Origin: Octopus bimaculoides
Lineage: Eukaryota
Reading direction: 5' to 3'
DNA length: 37,649 bases
NCBI RefSeq assembly: GCF_001194135.2
Contig: NC_068999.1
Coordinates: 37,149,352 to 37,187,000 of the forward strand
Shown in pieces: positions 11,860 through 23,367 of the stretch; within the stretch, counting starts at the first letter, position 1; the number at the start of each line of letters is the position of its first letter. The notes beneath the pieces are model-generated. The model saw only the letters and a list, made by a program, of their open reading frames with translations, did not search any database and was not told where the DNA came from. The translations under genes were made by a program, and so were the position numbers.

Positions 11860-12800
11860 ATCCATTTGCAATTCAGTGTTAATATTACATGTCCAGCAGA
11901 GCATACTCAGCTCATTTTTTTTTCATCTTTTGCAAATTCTTTGCTTTTCAAGGCCTGTATCTTGTTATCATGCAGCTTCAAACTTTGTTTACAAGTATCA
12001 TGCAATCTACTTTTCAGTCTGCGACAGACACCCTTTCTCTACCATTGGAGGAAATAAATAGTTTTTTTACTTTTCCACCCTGTTATGGCACCATGCTTTT
12101 AGAACACACACACACACACTACTGATAAGGTTACCTAGATAACACAAACTATGAAAGAATTCTTGGTATCCTGCCAGATATTAAGAACGAGTACTCTTAC
12201 TGCTTGTAGCTCCTGTGCATTCTTCCACATATGGGTCTACCATTTCTTATTTCTTTATTGCCCACAAGGGGCTAAACATAGAGGGGACAAACAAGGACAG
12301 ACAAAGGGATTAAGTCAATTACATCGACCCCAGTTCGTAACTGGTACTTAATTTATCTACCCCGAAAGGATGAAAGGCAAAGTCGACCTCGGCGGAATTT
12401 GAGCTCAGAACGAACATTTCGCCTGGGGTGCTAACGATTCTGCCAGCTCGCCGCCTTTTGGTCTACCATTTCTGTTAGTCTGTCTGTGATACCATTTTCA
12501 TCTCTTGTATTCCTATAGTTTACACTAGTTTCATTTTATGGAATTTCTGTCAATTTTTTTTTTTTTTGCATATTGAGCAGGATCATTTTCTTGAATGTTG
12601 AAGGGTCCTGTATCCTTCCCTATTTACTAAAACTTCAGTATTTGTTAAGTTTACTTTGAGGCTTCATAATTCTAGGTTTAGCCTTCCTGATGACATCCCT
12701 GTACATGGTTTCTACTGTTACCACAAACATCGATTAGCAACTGAATTTCTAAGCTTACAAGATATTTTCTTCCTGTCTTTGGCTTCCGACAATCAAGTGT
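11860..12800 (-). mobile_element. Old, heavily decayed RTE ORF2 fragment, interrupted by a SINE
   Basis: LKVNLTNTEVLV...SCSICKK and RLKSRLHDTC...SMLCWTCN parallel the RTE copy at 21500-23125. Confidence 0.65.
12248..12455 (-). mobile_element. SINE family A with internal deletion and 14-bp TSD
   Basis: TSD ggtctaccatttct at 12234-12247 and 12460-12473; ~24 nt missing from the tRNA region relative to the 19808 copy. Confidence 0.9.
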
Positions 12801-12962
12801 CAGTAGAACTGGTTGTTTATTGAAATGTTTTCTGAAGGTTTGGGAGAATTGTTTATTTGAGGTCTTTTAGTTTATAAATCTTATTGGTTTTTAGTATAAT
12901 CTATTTTGACGAACTTTCATATTATCTCATGTAGTGTCTTAGAAATTACATATTGTATATTA

Positions 12963-13165
12963 AGGCACCGAGCTGGCAAAATTGTTACCACTCTGGTATA
13001 AATGCTTAGCAGCATTTCTTCCAACTTTATGTCTTGAGTTCAAATGCTGCCAGGATTAAATTTCATCCTTTTAGGGTTGATAAAATAAGTACTAGATGAA
13101 AGTTGAATACTGGTGCTGATGTAATATTCCCTCCTCCAAAATTACTGACCTTCTGCCAAAATTTG
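12963..13165 (+). mobile_element. Degenerate SINE family A, alternative-tail subfamily
   Basis: gagctggcaaaattgtta...gagttcaaatgc...tttcatccttttagggttgataaaataagtac...tgccaaaatttgaaac. Confidence 0.7.
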
Positions 13166-14484
13166 AAACTGTTTTACATATTACAAAACATTTATTGAAA
13201 ACCAAGTCTTTCTTTACACTTTAGCTATTTAACAATATCTTACTGATAAGANNNNNNNNNNNNNNNNNNNNNNNNNNNNNNNNNNNNNNNNNNNNNNNNN
13301 NNNNNNNNNNNNNNNNNNNNNNNNNNNNNNNNNNNNNNNNNNNNNNNNNNNNNNNNNNNNNNNNNNNNNNNNNNNNNNNNNNNNNNNNNNNNNNNNNNNN
13401 NNNNNNNNNNNNNNNNNNNNNNNNNNNNNNNNNNNNNNNNNNNNNNNNNNNNNNNNNNNNNNNNNNNNNNNNNNNNNNNNNNNNNNNNNNNNNNNNNNNN
13501 NNNNNNNNNNNNNNNNNNNNNNNNNNNNNNNNNNNNNNNNNNNNNNNNNNNNNNNNNNNNNNNNNNNNNNNNNNNNNNNNNNNNNNNNNNNNNNNNNNNN
13601 NNNNNNNNNNNNNNNNNNNNNNNNNNNNNNNNNNNNNNNNNNNNNNNNNNNNNNNNNNNNNNNNNNNNNNNNNNNNNNNNNNNNNNNNNNNNNNNNNNNN
13701 NNNNNNNNNNNNNNNNNNNNNNNNNNNNNNNNNNNNNNNNNNNNNNNNNNNNNNNNNNNNNNNNNNNNNNNNNNNNNNNNNNNNNNNNNNNNNNNNNNNN
13801 NNNNNNNNNNNNNNNNNNNNNNNNNNNNNNNNNNNNNNNNNNNNNNNNNNNNNNNNNNNNNNNNNNNNNNNNNNNNNNNNNNNNNNNNNNNNNNNNNNNN
13901 NNNNNNNNNNNNNNNNNNNNNNNNNNNNNNNNNNNNNNNNNNNNNNNNNNNNNNNNNNNNNNNNNNNNNNNNNNNNNNNNNNNNNNNNNNNNNNNNNNNN
14001 NNNNNNNNNNNNNNNNNNNNNNNNNNNNNNNNNNNNNNNNNNNNNNNNNNNNNNNNNNNNNNNNNNNNNNNNNNNNNNNNNNNNNNNNNNNNNNNNNNNN
14101 NNNNNNNNNNNNNNNNNNNNNNNNNNNNNNNNNNNNNNNNNNNNNNNNNNNNNNNNNNNNNNNNNNNNNNNNNNNNNNNNNNNNNNNNNNNNNNNNNNNN
14201 NNNNNNNNNNNNNNNNNNNNNNNNNCAACAGCATTATATAAGAAGAGACATTAGAACAATTAACAACATAATAAAAAGGTTTTATTTATGATGATGCTTG
14301 GTTTCACAATTCCTGTCATTCAGCTTAGCAGCCGCTGATTAAGTTGTAGTTTGGTAATGGAAGGTTAAGGGCTTCCTTGATGCCTGCCAGAGAACAGTGT
14401 AAAAATGCTTCGTGGAGGAGTGAGGTGTTGTCACGTAGAAGGTCTCAGGCTCAACTCGCTTAACAAAGTGAAACTAACTGTTTA

Positions 14485-14600
14485 AGTACGAGTTTTACTA
14501 CGCATGCGCAACTCAAGGGGCTTCCGGTGGTGAAGTCCCTTGCGCATGCGCAGAATAGTACTTCCTCAATGGCGGCTATAATTTCGCGCCACTACAAGTA
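14485..14600. promoter_or_regulatory. Putative housekeeping-type promoter (NRF1 x2, ETS, YY1, E2F-like motifs; CpG-rich)
   Basis: tacgcatgcgca 14499-14510, cttccgg 14521-14527, tgcgcatgcgca 14541-14552, acttcct 14560-14566, caatggcggc 14567-14576, tttcgcgcc 14582-14590; 9 CpG in ~100 bp. Confidence 0.55.
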
Positions 14601-14614
14601 TTTTAATATCATAA

Positions 14615-14820
14615 GGTGGCAAGCTGGGAGCATCAATAGCAAGATGCTTAGTGGCATTTCATCCCTCTTTATGTTCTCAGTTCAAATTCTGCCGAGGTCA
14701 ACTTTGCCCTTCAACTTTTCAGGGTTGATAAAATAAGTTCCAGTTTGAGCACTGGATTTAAACATAATCAACTTGCCTCCTGTTTCGAACTTGCTGGCCT
14801 TGTGCCAAAATTTGAAACCA
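14615..14820 (+). mobile_element. Degenerate SINE family A, alternative-tail subfamily
   Basis: gttcaaattctgccgaggtcaactttgcc...ttgataaaataagt...gctggccttgtgccaaaatttgaaacca. Confidence 0.75.
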
Positions 14821-14948
14821 ACATTTCAACATCATTGTAATTGGTATTATTAACATTCGACGGATCACAACATTCTGTTGTCTTTCTCTTTACTACAACA
14901 ATATTGACTTATCTTACATTCAGGTTATTTTCATCCCATTTTTTGTTG

Positions 14949-15156
14949 CCTGACTGGCCTTTGTGCGGGTGACACGTAAAAGCACCCCTACGCTCTCTGA
15001 GTGGTTGGCGTTAGGAAGGGCATCCAGCTGTAGAAACTCTGCCAAATCATATCGGAGCCTGGTGTAGCCATTTGGTTTCACCAGTCCTCAGTCAAATCGT
15101 CCAATCCATGCTAGCATGGAAAGCGGATGTTAAACGACGACGATGATGATGATGAT
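14949..15156 (+). mobile_element. RTE 3'UTR-type repeat (family D)
   Basis: Reverse complement of 11632-11830; (GAT)n tail. Confidence 0.85.
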
Positions 15157-15361
15157 CATCATTACATATTCTAGAAAATAAGCTAATAAGCGGCAAACTG
15201 TGTTGATTGTTTAATGCATGAAAAGTGGAGAATTTTTTGGTAAATTGTTTGTATTATCTAATTGTACAAATTAATAGCTACTTTTATAAATGCTTCAATA
15301 TCACAAGCCTTTATCATTTCTATTGTGAAATTCATTTTGGTTATCTCTTTACTCTTTTACT

Positions 15362-15752
15362 CTTTTACTTGTTTCAGTCATTTGACTGCGGCCATGCTGG
15401 AGCACTGCCTTTAGTCGAGAAAATTGACCCCAGGACTTATTCTTTGGAAGCCTAGTACTTATTCTATCGGCCTCTTTTTGCCGAACCGCTAAGTTACGGG
15501 GACGTAAACACACCAGCATCGGTTGTCAAGAGATGGTGGGGGGACAAACACAGACACACAAACACACATATATATATATATACATATATACGACGAGCTT
15601 CTTTCAGTTTCCGTCTACCAGATCCACTCAAGGCTTTGGTTGGCCGGAGGCTATAGTAGAAGACACTTGCCCAAGGTGCTACACAGTGGGACTGAACCCG
15701 GAACCATGTGGTTGGTAAGCAAGCTACTTACCACACAGCCACTCCTGCGCCT
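15362..15752 (-). mobile_element. tRNA-derived SINE family B, full length, with internal (TA)/(TG) microsatellite
   Basis: Head ggcgcaggagtggctgtgtggtaag...gggttcagtccc; CORE-like accttgggcaagtgtctt; 3' segment ending ccagcatggccgcagtcaaatgactgaaac. Confidence 0.85.
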
Positions 15753-16080
15753 ATCTATTTATATAAAAAAAATCTGATCACACTATTTCTTTCTATTCCT
15801 TCAGTATCAGCAGAGAAAACAGCAATTAATTTCATGTGACAAACATTTTTAACAAAACATTCGTTCAATAATTTTTTGATGTTTCTCACATGTTTTTGTT
15901 GATTTCTACTTTTCTTTGGTGAGAAAAGGCAAGGTGACTGCTTTGTTTATGTATTGCTTTGCTTATTTTCTGTTAATTAGTCCTTTTCACCTGTTAATTC
16001 TAGTCTACATACTTATGCAAAAAAGGAAAAAAATACTTTTGTTGTTGTTGTATAGTACTAAATTCCATTCCTTTTAACAG

Positions 16081-16289
16081 ATAAAGAACGAATCATTTCT
16101 TGAAGATTTAAACAATATTTTAAATGCTGGAGATGTGCCAAACATTTATAGCCTTGAGGAACTGGATAAGATTTATGAAGCTATGAAACCCTCTGTACAA
16201 GATATGGGACTACAACCAACTAAAACTAATCTATATACATGCTATACTAAACGGGTTCGTTCCAATCTACACACTGTAATAACAATGAG
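16081..16289 (+). CDS. DNAH1: Dynein heavy chain exon 6 (AAA4); missed by ORF track
   Basis: ttaacag|ATAAAG ... ATGAG|gtaaga; IKNESFLEDLNNILNAGDVPNIY...RVRSNLHTVITM; phase 0-2, 209 nt. Confidence 0.95.
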
Positions 16290-16789
16290 GTAAGATATTT
16301 ATAGTCTTTTATATATTTAAACATTGTCAGATAGAACAATGGATGACATGGATATGTGGTAAGGTCATTCATTAGGGAATGTCATATGTGGTAGGTTATT
16401 AAGGAAGCCATGATAAGAAAGACAGTATTAAGGTGGTCAAGATATGACATGCAATTAAGTATTGAACATCATATGTAGAAATCACGACATGTAAAAGTTG
16501 TGACATGTGATTGGTCAGTAAACACTGAAGTTCGTGAGATGTGGTCAGCTGAAGTCAGTCATTTAAAGTGAAAAGGTTATATTAGTGCCTTATATGTTAC
16601 ATTGCTTTTTGATAATAGTATGTGTCTATGCAAATATATGTGTATACATATTAGTGTATGTAAATATTTATAGGCATTTATGTATGCATAAGTTAAGTAT
16701 ATAATATACAGTGTAACATGCTCCCATGGATGTATAATGTTAATGTGCATGAATGTCAGAGTACAAATGAGTTGAAAAAAAAAAATTTG

Positions 16790-17030
16790 GTATAGAAGGA
16801 ATCAAGTTTGGTGTGCAGGTGAGAAAGCTGAACTGGTACAGGTATGTAATGCATATGGAAAACGATTGCTGCATTAAAAAATGCCAAATGTTTCAAGTTA
16901 GTGAAACTTGTGGAAGAGGGAAACCAAGAAATATTTGGGACAAAGTAGTGAATGCCATGTCTCATGGAGGAGATGACAAAGGGCCATATTGACTAGGGGT
17001 ATGAAGTGCTACAAAGAATCTAACCACCCA
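16790..17030 (+). mobile_element. RTE ORF2 C-terminal fragment
   Basis: RKLNWYRYVMHMENDCCIKKC...TCGRGKPRNIWDKVV parallels RLHWYGQVMHMDKDSCVKKC in 22724-23029. Confidence 0.75.
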
Positions 17031-17829
17031 TAGCAAAATGTACCCTGTTTAGAAGCTAAAATATTTTATACACTGCCATGACTGCATTTCCTATCCCCAT
17101 TCCTTGTACCCTTGATTGATTACCCCCCTCCACTATTTTCATCTCTTTGTTCCTCATAACCCTCCATTTCTCATCTCACTCCCACTTGTGCTGATCGCAT
17201 CTTTACCTCAATCTGACCTCCTTACCCTTCACTAAACTCATATAGAAGAGATTGCACAAGATTGCCCAAGATTGCCCACATCCCTATACTTAATACACTC
17301 TAACTTTGTCTTTATGTATTGTCAACCATTCTCCTCTCTTCCCTGAGTAGTCATTTCTGTGGTCATCCATCACCTATTCTCACCTTTATCCCATCACCTG
17401 CCCTTACCTTTGTCCACTTCTGACATTCTCAATCACTCCCTTCTTCATTCCACCCATATAACAAAAGAACACCTTGCTTTTTCTATCATGCTCCTACTTC
17501 TTTCATCTACCCATTCTGTTCCTGATATCATCTTATTCCCCTTCTCAGTCACATTTCCTGGCTTATTAAATAATCTCTACACTCACAACCAGGCATATCT
17601 CAGCTACTCATTTCTGGTCTTTCTCTTGTCATTGTTCCCTCTCGTAATCCCCTCCTCAGTCGAAATGTCTTGGGTTACTAAGTACCCTATACATTTACTA
17701 TGTGCAAGGCACTCTTACCTGTGTTGGTGCATTAACCCCCCCCCCCCCGCTCCTTTTTGCCAGTACTGTAACAGATACCCACTGCCACACACCATTTACA
17801 GTAATTATTGAGTGAAATGAGACCTCTAT

Positions 17830-18160
17830 TGCTGCTGCCACGATACTTGCATTGAGTACTCTGTAAAGTGGTTAGCAAATGACCTACCTTTCAATATGCC
17901 TACATTGATAGTGCCAACTCTGAAAATTGGGAAAGGGATGTGGGAGGGAACATGGGAAGGAATGAAGTTATTCAGCACCTGTAAAAATGGTTTCTGTGAT
18001 CATTTGATAGCAGACATGTCATATCAGTTGCTCTCTCACTCTCACCTAACATCATTCAATCATGTTAAAAATTGTTGCCGCTATATGGGGTGGGGGGAGT
18101 GCAATGTAAGCATTGTAGATCCAAGTTTTATGAGCATTATAAATATAAGCATTACAGCTG
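17830..18160 (-). mobile_element. Probable RTE 5' region with start of APE domain
   Basis: Minus strand FRVGTINVGILKGRS resembles the first strand of an APE endonuclease domain. Confidence 0.5.
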
Positions 18161-18779
18161 CCAATATAATAGGTCAATGTTTAAGTTAAGTAAATGAGTT
18201 GCAATTAGTTAGTCTATTATGTATAGAGAGAAAGAGTTAGATGGGTTCGAGAGGGAGGGATGTATGCAAGCCTTCTGATACAGAAGTGAAGCAGAGGCCA
18301 GTCGGTATTTCTAGAATGAGAAGAGAGATTTCCAGTATTGGTGGTGGGGTGGGGATGGGTGGGTACATCACAAACCAGTAATGGCCAGCATCACCACACA
18401 CAAGAGAGAGAGAGAGAGAGATAGTAGTAAGGGACTTGATGCCTTTAGCAAGGTTAGGATCATAGCAAAGTATGGAAACACAAGGAATAATTTAATACAA
18501 TTGGAAAAGTTATTGAAAAATTTAAAGACTTATAAGCAACAAAAGTTATTTAAACCCAAAATACACGTTAGCATCAAACCTTCATAAATCCTCTGCCTTT
18601 ACGGTTTATGTCTTTTAACCATGCAACATCAAACTTTGTATGCAAGCTTCATACGATTTAACTTCCGCTTTAAATGAGAAATCACTTTGTTGCTAGCTGA
18701 GATAATAACTTTTGAAGATTGTTTGCCCTATTCTTACTCTATTTTGATTTTGGAGAAGCATTGACGATGGTGATGATGG

Positions 18780-19005
18780 TGCCATGTAAAAAGCACTGGT
18801 GATGGTGCAACATAAAAAACATTGTTGCTGTTGCCTGTAAAAAGCATCCAGTACACTTTGCAAAATTATTAGCATTAGAAAAGGCATCCAGCTAGAGAAA
18901 TCAATCCAAAACAGATATGGAACCTGGTGGTGCTCCTGACCATGCCAGCTCCAGTCAAACCATCCAACTCATACCAGCATGAAAAAGGGACATTAAATGA
19001 TGACA
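18780..19005 (+). mobile_element. Degenerate RTE 3'UTR-type repeat (family D)
   Basis: Repeated tggtgccatgtaaaaagcac units, aaggcatccagct, ccagcatgaaaaagggacattaaatgatg. Confidence 0.65.
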
Positions 19006-19054
19006 TTATGACAGGTACAAGACCTAAAAGACTGAAGAAAGGACCAGAGGTCTT

Positions 19055-19227
19055 CATCAACCCCAGTGTTAACTGAGATATCAGCGATAACTGGTACCAA
19101 TATTATCAACACCAAAAGCATAAAAGACAAAATTGACCTCAACAGAATATGAACACAGAGCCTAAAGTTGGGTAAATGCTGCTTAGCATTTTCTCCAGTG
19201 TGCTAACAGGTCTGCCAACTCATCGCT
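19055..19227 (-). mobile_element. Degenerate SINE family A
   Basis: Minus strand gcgatgagttggcagacctgttagcacactggagaaaatgctaagc...gaggtcaattttg. Confidence 0.6.
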
Positions 19228-19243
19228 TTAATAATAATAATAA

Positions 19244-19715
19244 TAAGATTTTGTGGGACTTTCCTATTCAAACAGACAAGAAGTTAGAAAATAATAGACC
19301 AGACATAACAATAAGGAAAAGTGAAGTTGTTAACTTATCAGCCCATCAAACCCATTTTATTCTAGGATCTTAAAGAAAGTGGAAGAAAAACAAAAGAAAG
19401 TAAAATCCTTTAAAATTTGAAATAGGAAGAGTTTGGAGCATACAAACCGTATAGGTTGTACTTATGATAATTGATACGTTGAGAGCAGTAAGCAAAGATA
19501 TAGAAAAATGACCAAAGGAGATTGGAATAGAATGCCCTGTAGAGCTCCTACAGAAAGTTTGTCTCTTAGTGACAGCAAGGATTATCAGGAGGGTTCTAAG
19601 CACTTGAAAGACTGCTGAAAACACCTGTGGAAACCTAAGATTACTGATTGTAACCTGCTACCCACTTAAATCCAACCAAAAATAAGACCAAACCTGAGCC
19701 GAACCATAATAATAA
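19244..19715 (+). mobile_element. RLE-type non-LTR retrotransposon 3' fragment flanked by (TAA)n
   Basis: KILWDFPIQTDKKLENNRPDIT; ends LQKVCLLVTARIIRRVL*; (TAA)6 on the left, (TAA)3 on the right. Confidence 0.8.
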
Positions 19716-19807
19716 TTGTAATATACCTATTCTATACTTTTGAGTGAGTGTCCTTTTATCCTGACTTATGGACACTCACTGATAATATATGCACACACAT
19801 ATATTAA

Positions 19808-20038
19808 GGCGGCGAGCTGGCAGAAACGTTAGCACGCCGGGCGAAATGCTTAGTGGTATTTCGTCTGCCGCTACGTTCAGAGTTCAAATTCCGCCGAGGT
19901 CCACTTTGCCTTTCATCCTTTCGGGGTCGATTAAATAAGTACCAGTTACGCACTGGGGTCGATATAATCGACTTAATCTGTTTGTCTGTCCTTGTTGGTC
20001 CCCTCTGTGTGTAGCCCGTTGTGGATAGTAAAGAAATA
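19808..20038 (+). mobile_element. SINE family A, full length, 15-bp TSD
   Basis: TSD acacacatatattaa at 19793-19807 and 20039-20053; starts ggcggcgagctggcagaaacg; B-box gagttcaaattcc. Confidence 0.92.
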
Positions 20039-20116
20039 ACACACATATATTAAAAGATAAACATTAAAATTCATGTATTAACTGCAAATAGTTTAAAACT
20101 ATATATTTATTTTTAG

Positions 20117-20288
20117 CCCTTTAGGTGAAGTATTCCGTGCTCGTCTCCGACAGTTTCCAGCTCTGGTCAATTGTTGTACCATTGACTGGTTCAGTGCATG
20201 GCCTGAAGATGCATTGCAATCTGTGGCTCTACGGTTTCTTGAAGACATTCCAGAACTAGGCATATTTAGTGAAATGATAGATAGTCTT
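20117..20288 (+). CDS. DNAH1: Dynein heavy chain exon 7 (AAA4)
   Basis: ttttag|CCCTTTA ... AGTCTT|gtaagt; PLGEVFRARLRQFPALVNCCTIDWFSAWPEDALQSVA; phase 2-0, 172 nt. Confidence 0.95.
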
Positions 20289-20896
20289 GTAAGTATATAA
20301 ATTAAAAACAATTGTGACTATATGGGAAAACTGTTGTTGGTCATAAATATCTGAAATGTAATTTTCTGCTAAAGTTAGCAAGCTTATTCTAAGCTACAAT
20401 GTAAAACAGTAGCAAGAGGAAAAATTTGGTGTAATCAGACACCATCAACAAACGGGTTTCTCCTCTGCATTACAGGATACTAACTTGTTTCATTTTATGA
20501 ACTTCTCATTCTAAGCAACATTTAAGGAAAATAGTTCATTCATTCATTATTATTTTTCTGGCAAAAATTTGGCATTTTTCACATGAGGTTACTGCAATAT
20601 TTTTTGCTATCATTCTATCTTGAGCAATGAATTGTATATAATATGCATACTTTGTATCAAAATGATCCATGCTGGTTAACATGTATTTAAGCAAAAAAAA
20701 AAAAAAAATGCATTGCAAAAAAAAAAGGGGGGGGGGCAGAAGAATTCAATATTTCCAGCTCAGTCTCTTTATCAAGGAAGAGGAGATATTTTCACATAAA
20801 TCTAAGGAGTCACTATGACCCCCAGATTGTCTTCTGCAATAATGGATTTGAGCATGAAATGTTGAATTTTTTCATTTTTTCATGATTGCTACATTT

Positions 20897-20922
20897 ATAC
20901 TACTACTACTACTACTACTACT
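20897..20922. repeat. (TAC)n microsatellite
   Basis: Direct reading. Confidence 0.9.
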
Positions 20923-21041
20923 ATTACATTATTTTTGGAACTACTCATTGCTAGCACAGACCTGCACCAGTTGCCTTTAATTCTAGATTTTACTGCATAC
21001 TTTAGTTTTTCTTTTCATCAAAGTGTTGTATTCGTTGGCAG

Positions 21042-21233
21042 GTTTACATGTGCCAAGATATTCATTCAACTGTTGCAGTCTACACAGATAAATATCGGCA
21101 AGAATTGTCTCGACACAACTATGTTACACCAACAAGTTATCTAGAATTACTTGGTACCTTTTCAAAACTTATAAAGTTGAAAAAGGATGAAATATCCACT
21201 GCTTGGAAACGATTGAAAACCGGACTTGACAAA
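21042..21233 (+). CDS. DNAH1: Dynein heavy chain exon 8 (AAA4 end, start of stalk)
   Basis: tggcag|GTTTAC ... GACAAA|gtaagc; ELSRHNYVTPTSYLELL...RLKTGLDK; phase 0-0, 192 nt. Confidence 0.95.
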
Positions 21234-21499
21234 GTAAGCCAATTATTACTAAAGTGAATCTTTTATTGCTTCTTTTACGAACTAAGTCACAGCTAATTCT
21301 TTGATATTTGTATTTACTGAAGTATAGAAAAGGTGGATAGATATGAGAAAGTGACCCATGGCCCATTTCTTTGAGGGAGACAAAAACATTTTCTTTTTCA
21401 ACTATTCATTTTAAATTATTGCTTTGAGCAAAAATTAAAATCTTACTTGTTAACTGAGTAAACAGAATGGATCATATTTTAAATTCACAGTCTACATCT

Positions 21500-22470
21500 T
21501 CTCATCAGGGTATCATTAGAGCCTCAGTATGGCTACCTTCCTGCCACAAGTGGAGCCAGTAGGTCTTGACCTAAGGGATGGTAAGTGCCTCAACAGAATA
21601 ACCATCTTCCCATATGTGGAGCTTAGACCAGTCTATCATGAACCCCTACTTGTACCCTGAATTCTTTGCTGTACTCATTGCCAATCCTCACCTTACTGGC
21701 AGTGTCTCTGTAAATGACTTGTACAGCTCTCACCAACCACTTTTCTATCTCTAGTTTCTGCATTGACCATTAGATAAGGGACCAGGGGACTCTGTCAAAA
21801 GCTTTCTCCAAGTCAACAAAAGCTAAGTTCAGAGGTTTATTTTTGGCTATGTATTTCTCCTGCAGCTGCCTTACCAGAAATATAGCATCAATGGTGCTTC
21901 TCCCTGGCACAAAACCAAACAGCATCTCATCTAGACTAACCCTCTCCCTCTAATTAATTGGGCTATGACTCTCTCCGTAATTTCCATCACCTGATCCAAC
22001 AATTTGATACCTCTGTATTTATTTCTATCCAAGGCATCACCTTTACCTTTGTAGCAGTTGATTATGGTGCTGCTACACCACTCATTGGGTATGACTCCAT
22101 GTATCACCTGGTTGTCTATACAGATGACTAGATTATAGCCTACACTGACAAATATTTCAAGCATCTCAGCAGTGATTCCTGATGGGCTGGGTGCTTTCCC
22201 TGTCTTCATACCCTTAATTGCTTTATCTTCCAAGGTACTGTCAATTCAAATATCTGGTCCCTCTGTTGGGTCAATATTTGGCAGACTCTCTTTCTCCCAT
22301 TCATTCTCTTCATTTAGCAACCTTTCATAGTGGCATCTCCAAGTCTCTCTCTTTGCAGCCTCATTAAATGCAAGTGAGCCATCATTCATGCGAACACATT
22401 TCTCTCCTATGACATCACGATTCACTCTCACACACTATCTTGCAATTCAAAACACTCCAAGTCTCTGGTC
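21500..22470 (-). mobile_element. RTE LINE ORF2 fragment: linker and RT N-terminal half
   Basis: MKTGKAPSPSGITAEML; YKGKGDALDRNKYRGIKLL; GFVPGRSTIDAIF; AFVDLEKAFDRVP. Confidence 0.9.
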
Positions 22471-22554
22471 TTCATGATGCAGAACATAGACAGAGGGAAA
22501 GCAGATAAGAAAAAATTTGAAGAGTGCTTTTTACATGGCAGTTATGCAACGCTG

Positions 22555-23125
22555 GCTTCAGCCAGTCGGCTTGACAAGTCTTCTCAAGCATGGCATATTG
22601 CCAAAGGTCTCAGTCATTTGTCATTGATTCTGTGTGGCCCAATGTTCAAAGATCATGTTTCACCAACTTGTCCCATGTCTTCCTGGGTCTACCTCTTCTG
22701 CAGGCTCCCTCCACCGTTAAAGTTCAGCACTTCTTCACACAGCTATCCTTGTCCATATGCATCACTTGACCATACCAGTGCAGTCGTTTCTCTTGCGCAG
22801 CACATCTGATGCTTCTCATGCCCAACTTTTGTCCCAACATGCTTACACTCTGTTGTGCATGCGTACTGACATTACACATCCAGCGAAGCATGCTAGCTTC
22901 ATTTCTTTCAAGTTTATGCATGTCCTCACTAGTCACAACCCATGTTTCTCTGATGAATAGAATGGTTGTTTGCATACAAGCATCATACAATCTGCCTTTC
23001 ACTCTGAGAGAGAGGCCCTTTGTTACCAACAGAGATAGGAGCTTTCTGAACTTTGCCCAGGCTATTCTTATTCTAGCAGCTACACTCTCAGAGCACCTAC
23101 CCCTGATACTGACTTGGTTATTTTG
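22555..23125 (-). mobile_element. RTE LINE ORF2 C-terminus plus start of 3'UTR
   Basis: AARIRIAWAKFR; TKGLSLRVKGRLYDAC; LERNEASMLRWMC; GRPRKTWD; then gccatgtaaaaagcac, shared with family D. Confidence 0.9.
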
Positions 23126-23367
23126 ATAATGGAAGCTATCAACTACTTTTCGTTTTATCCCCTGTCATTTGATATAGAAATCCAATAATTGGTATTTTCC
23201 CATTCTTTCCATACAAAGTTAAATTATAATTTTTAGTTATTGTATCATATTTATTTGCAGTTGCTATTTTTATTTTTGTCTGTATTTTGCTTTTTCGTGT
23301 TATTACTTTATTTAAAAAATCAAAATTATTACATTTTACCCAATTATGTTCTGAACACTGTCTTTAG

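Noticed and set aside
11860-12950. Coding-looking antisense sequence, first considered exons of a nested gene
   Set aside because: Translation fragments match the RTE ORF2 seen at 21500-23125; it is a decayed LINE
17090-17750. Long pyrimidine-rich tracts (also 28831-29340) with ORFs 17359-17811 and similar
   Set aside because: Low-complexity composition gives Leu/Ser/Pro-rich pseudo-ORFs; no domain motif recognised
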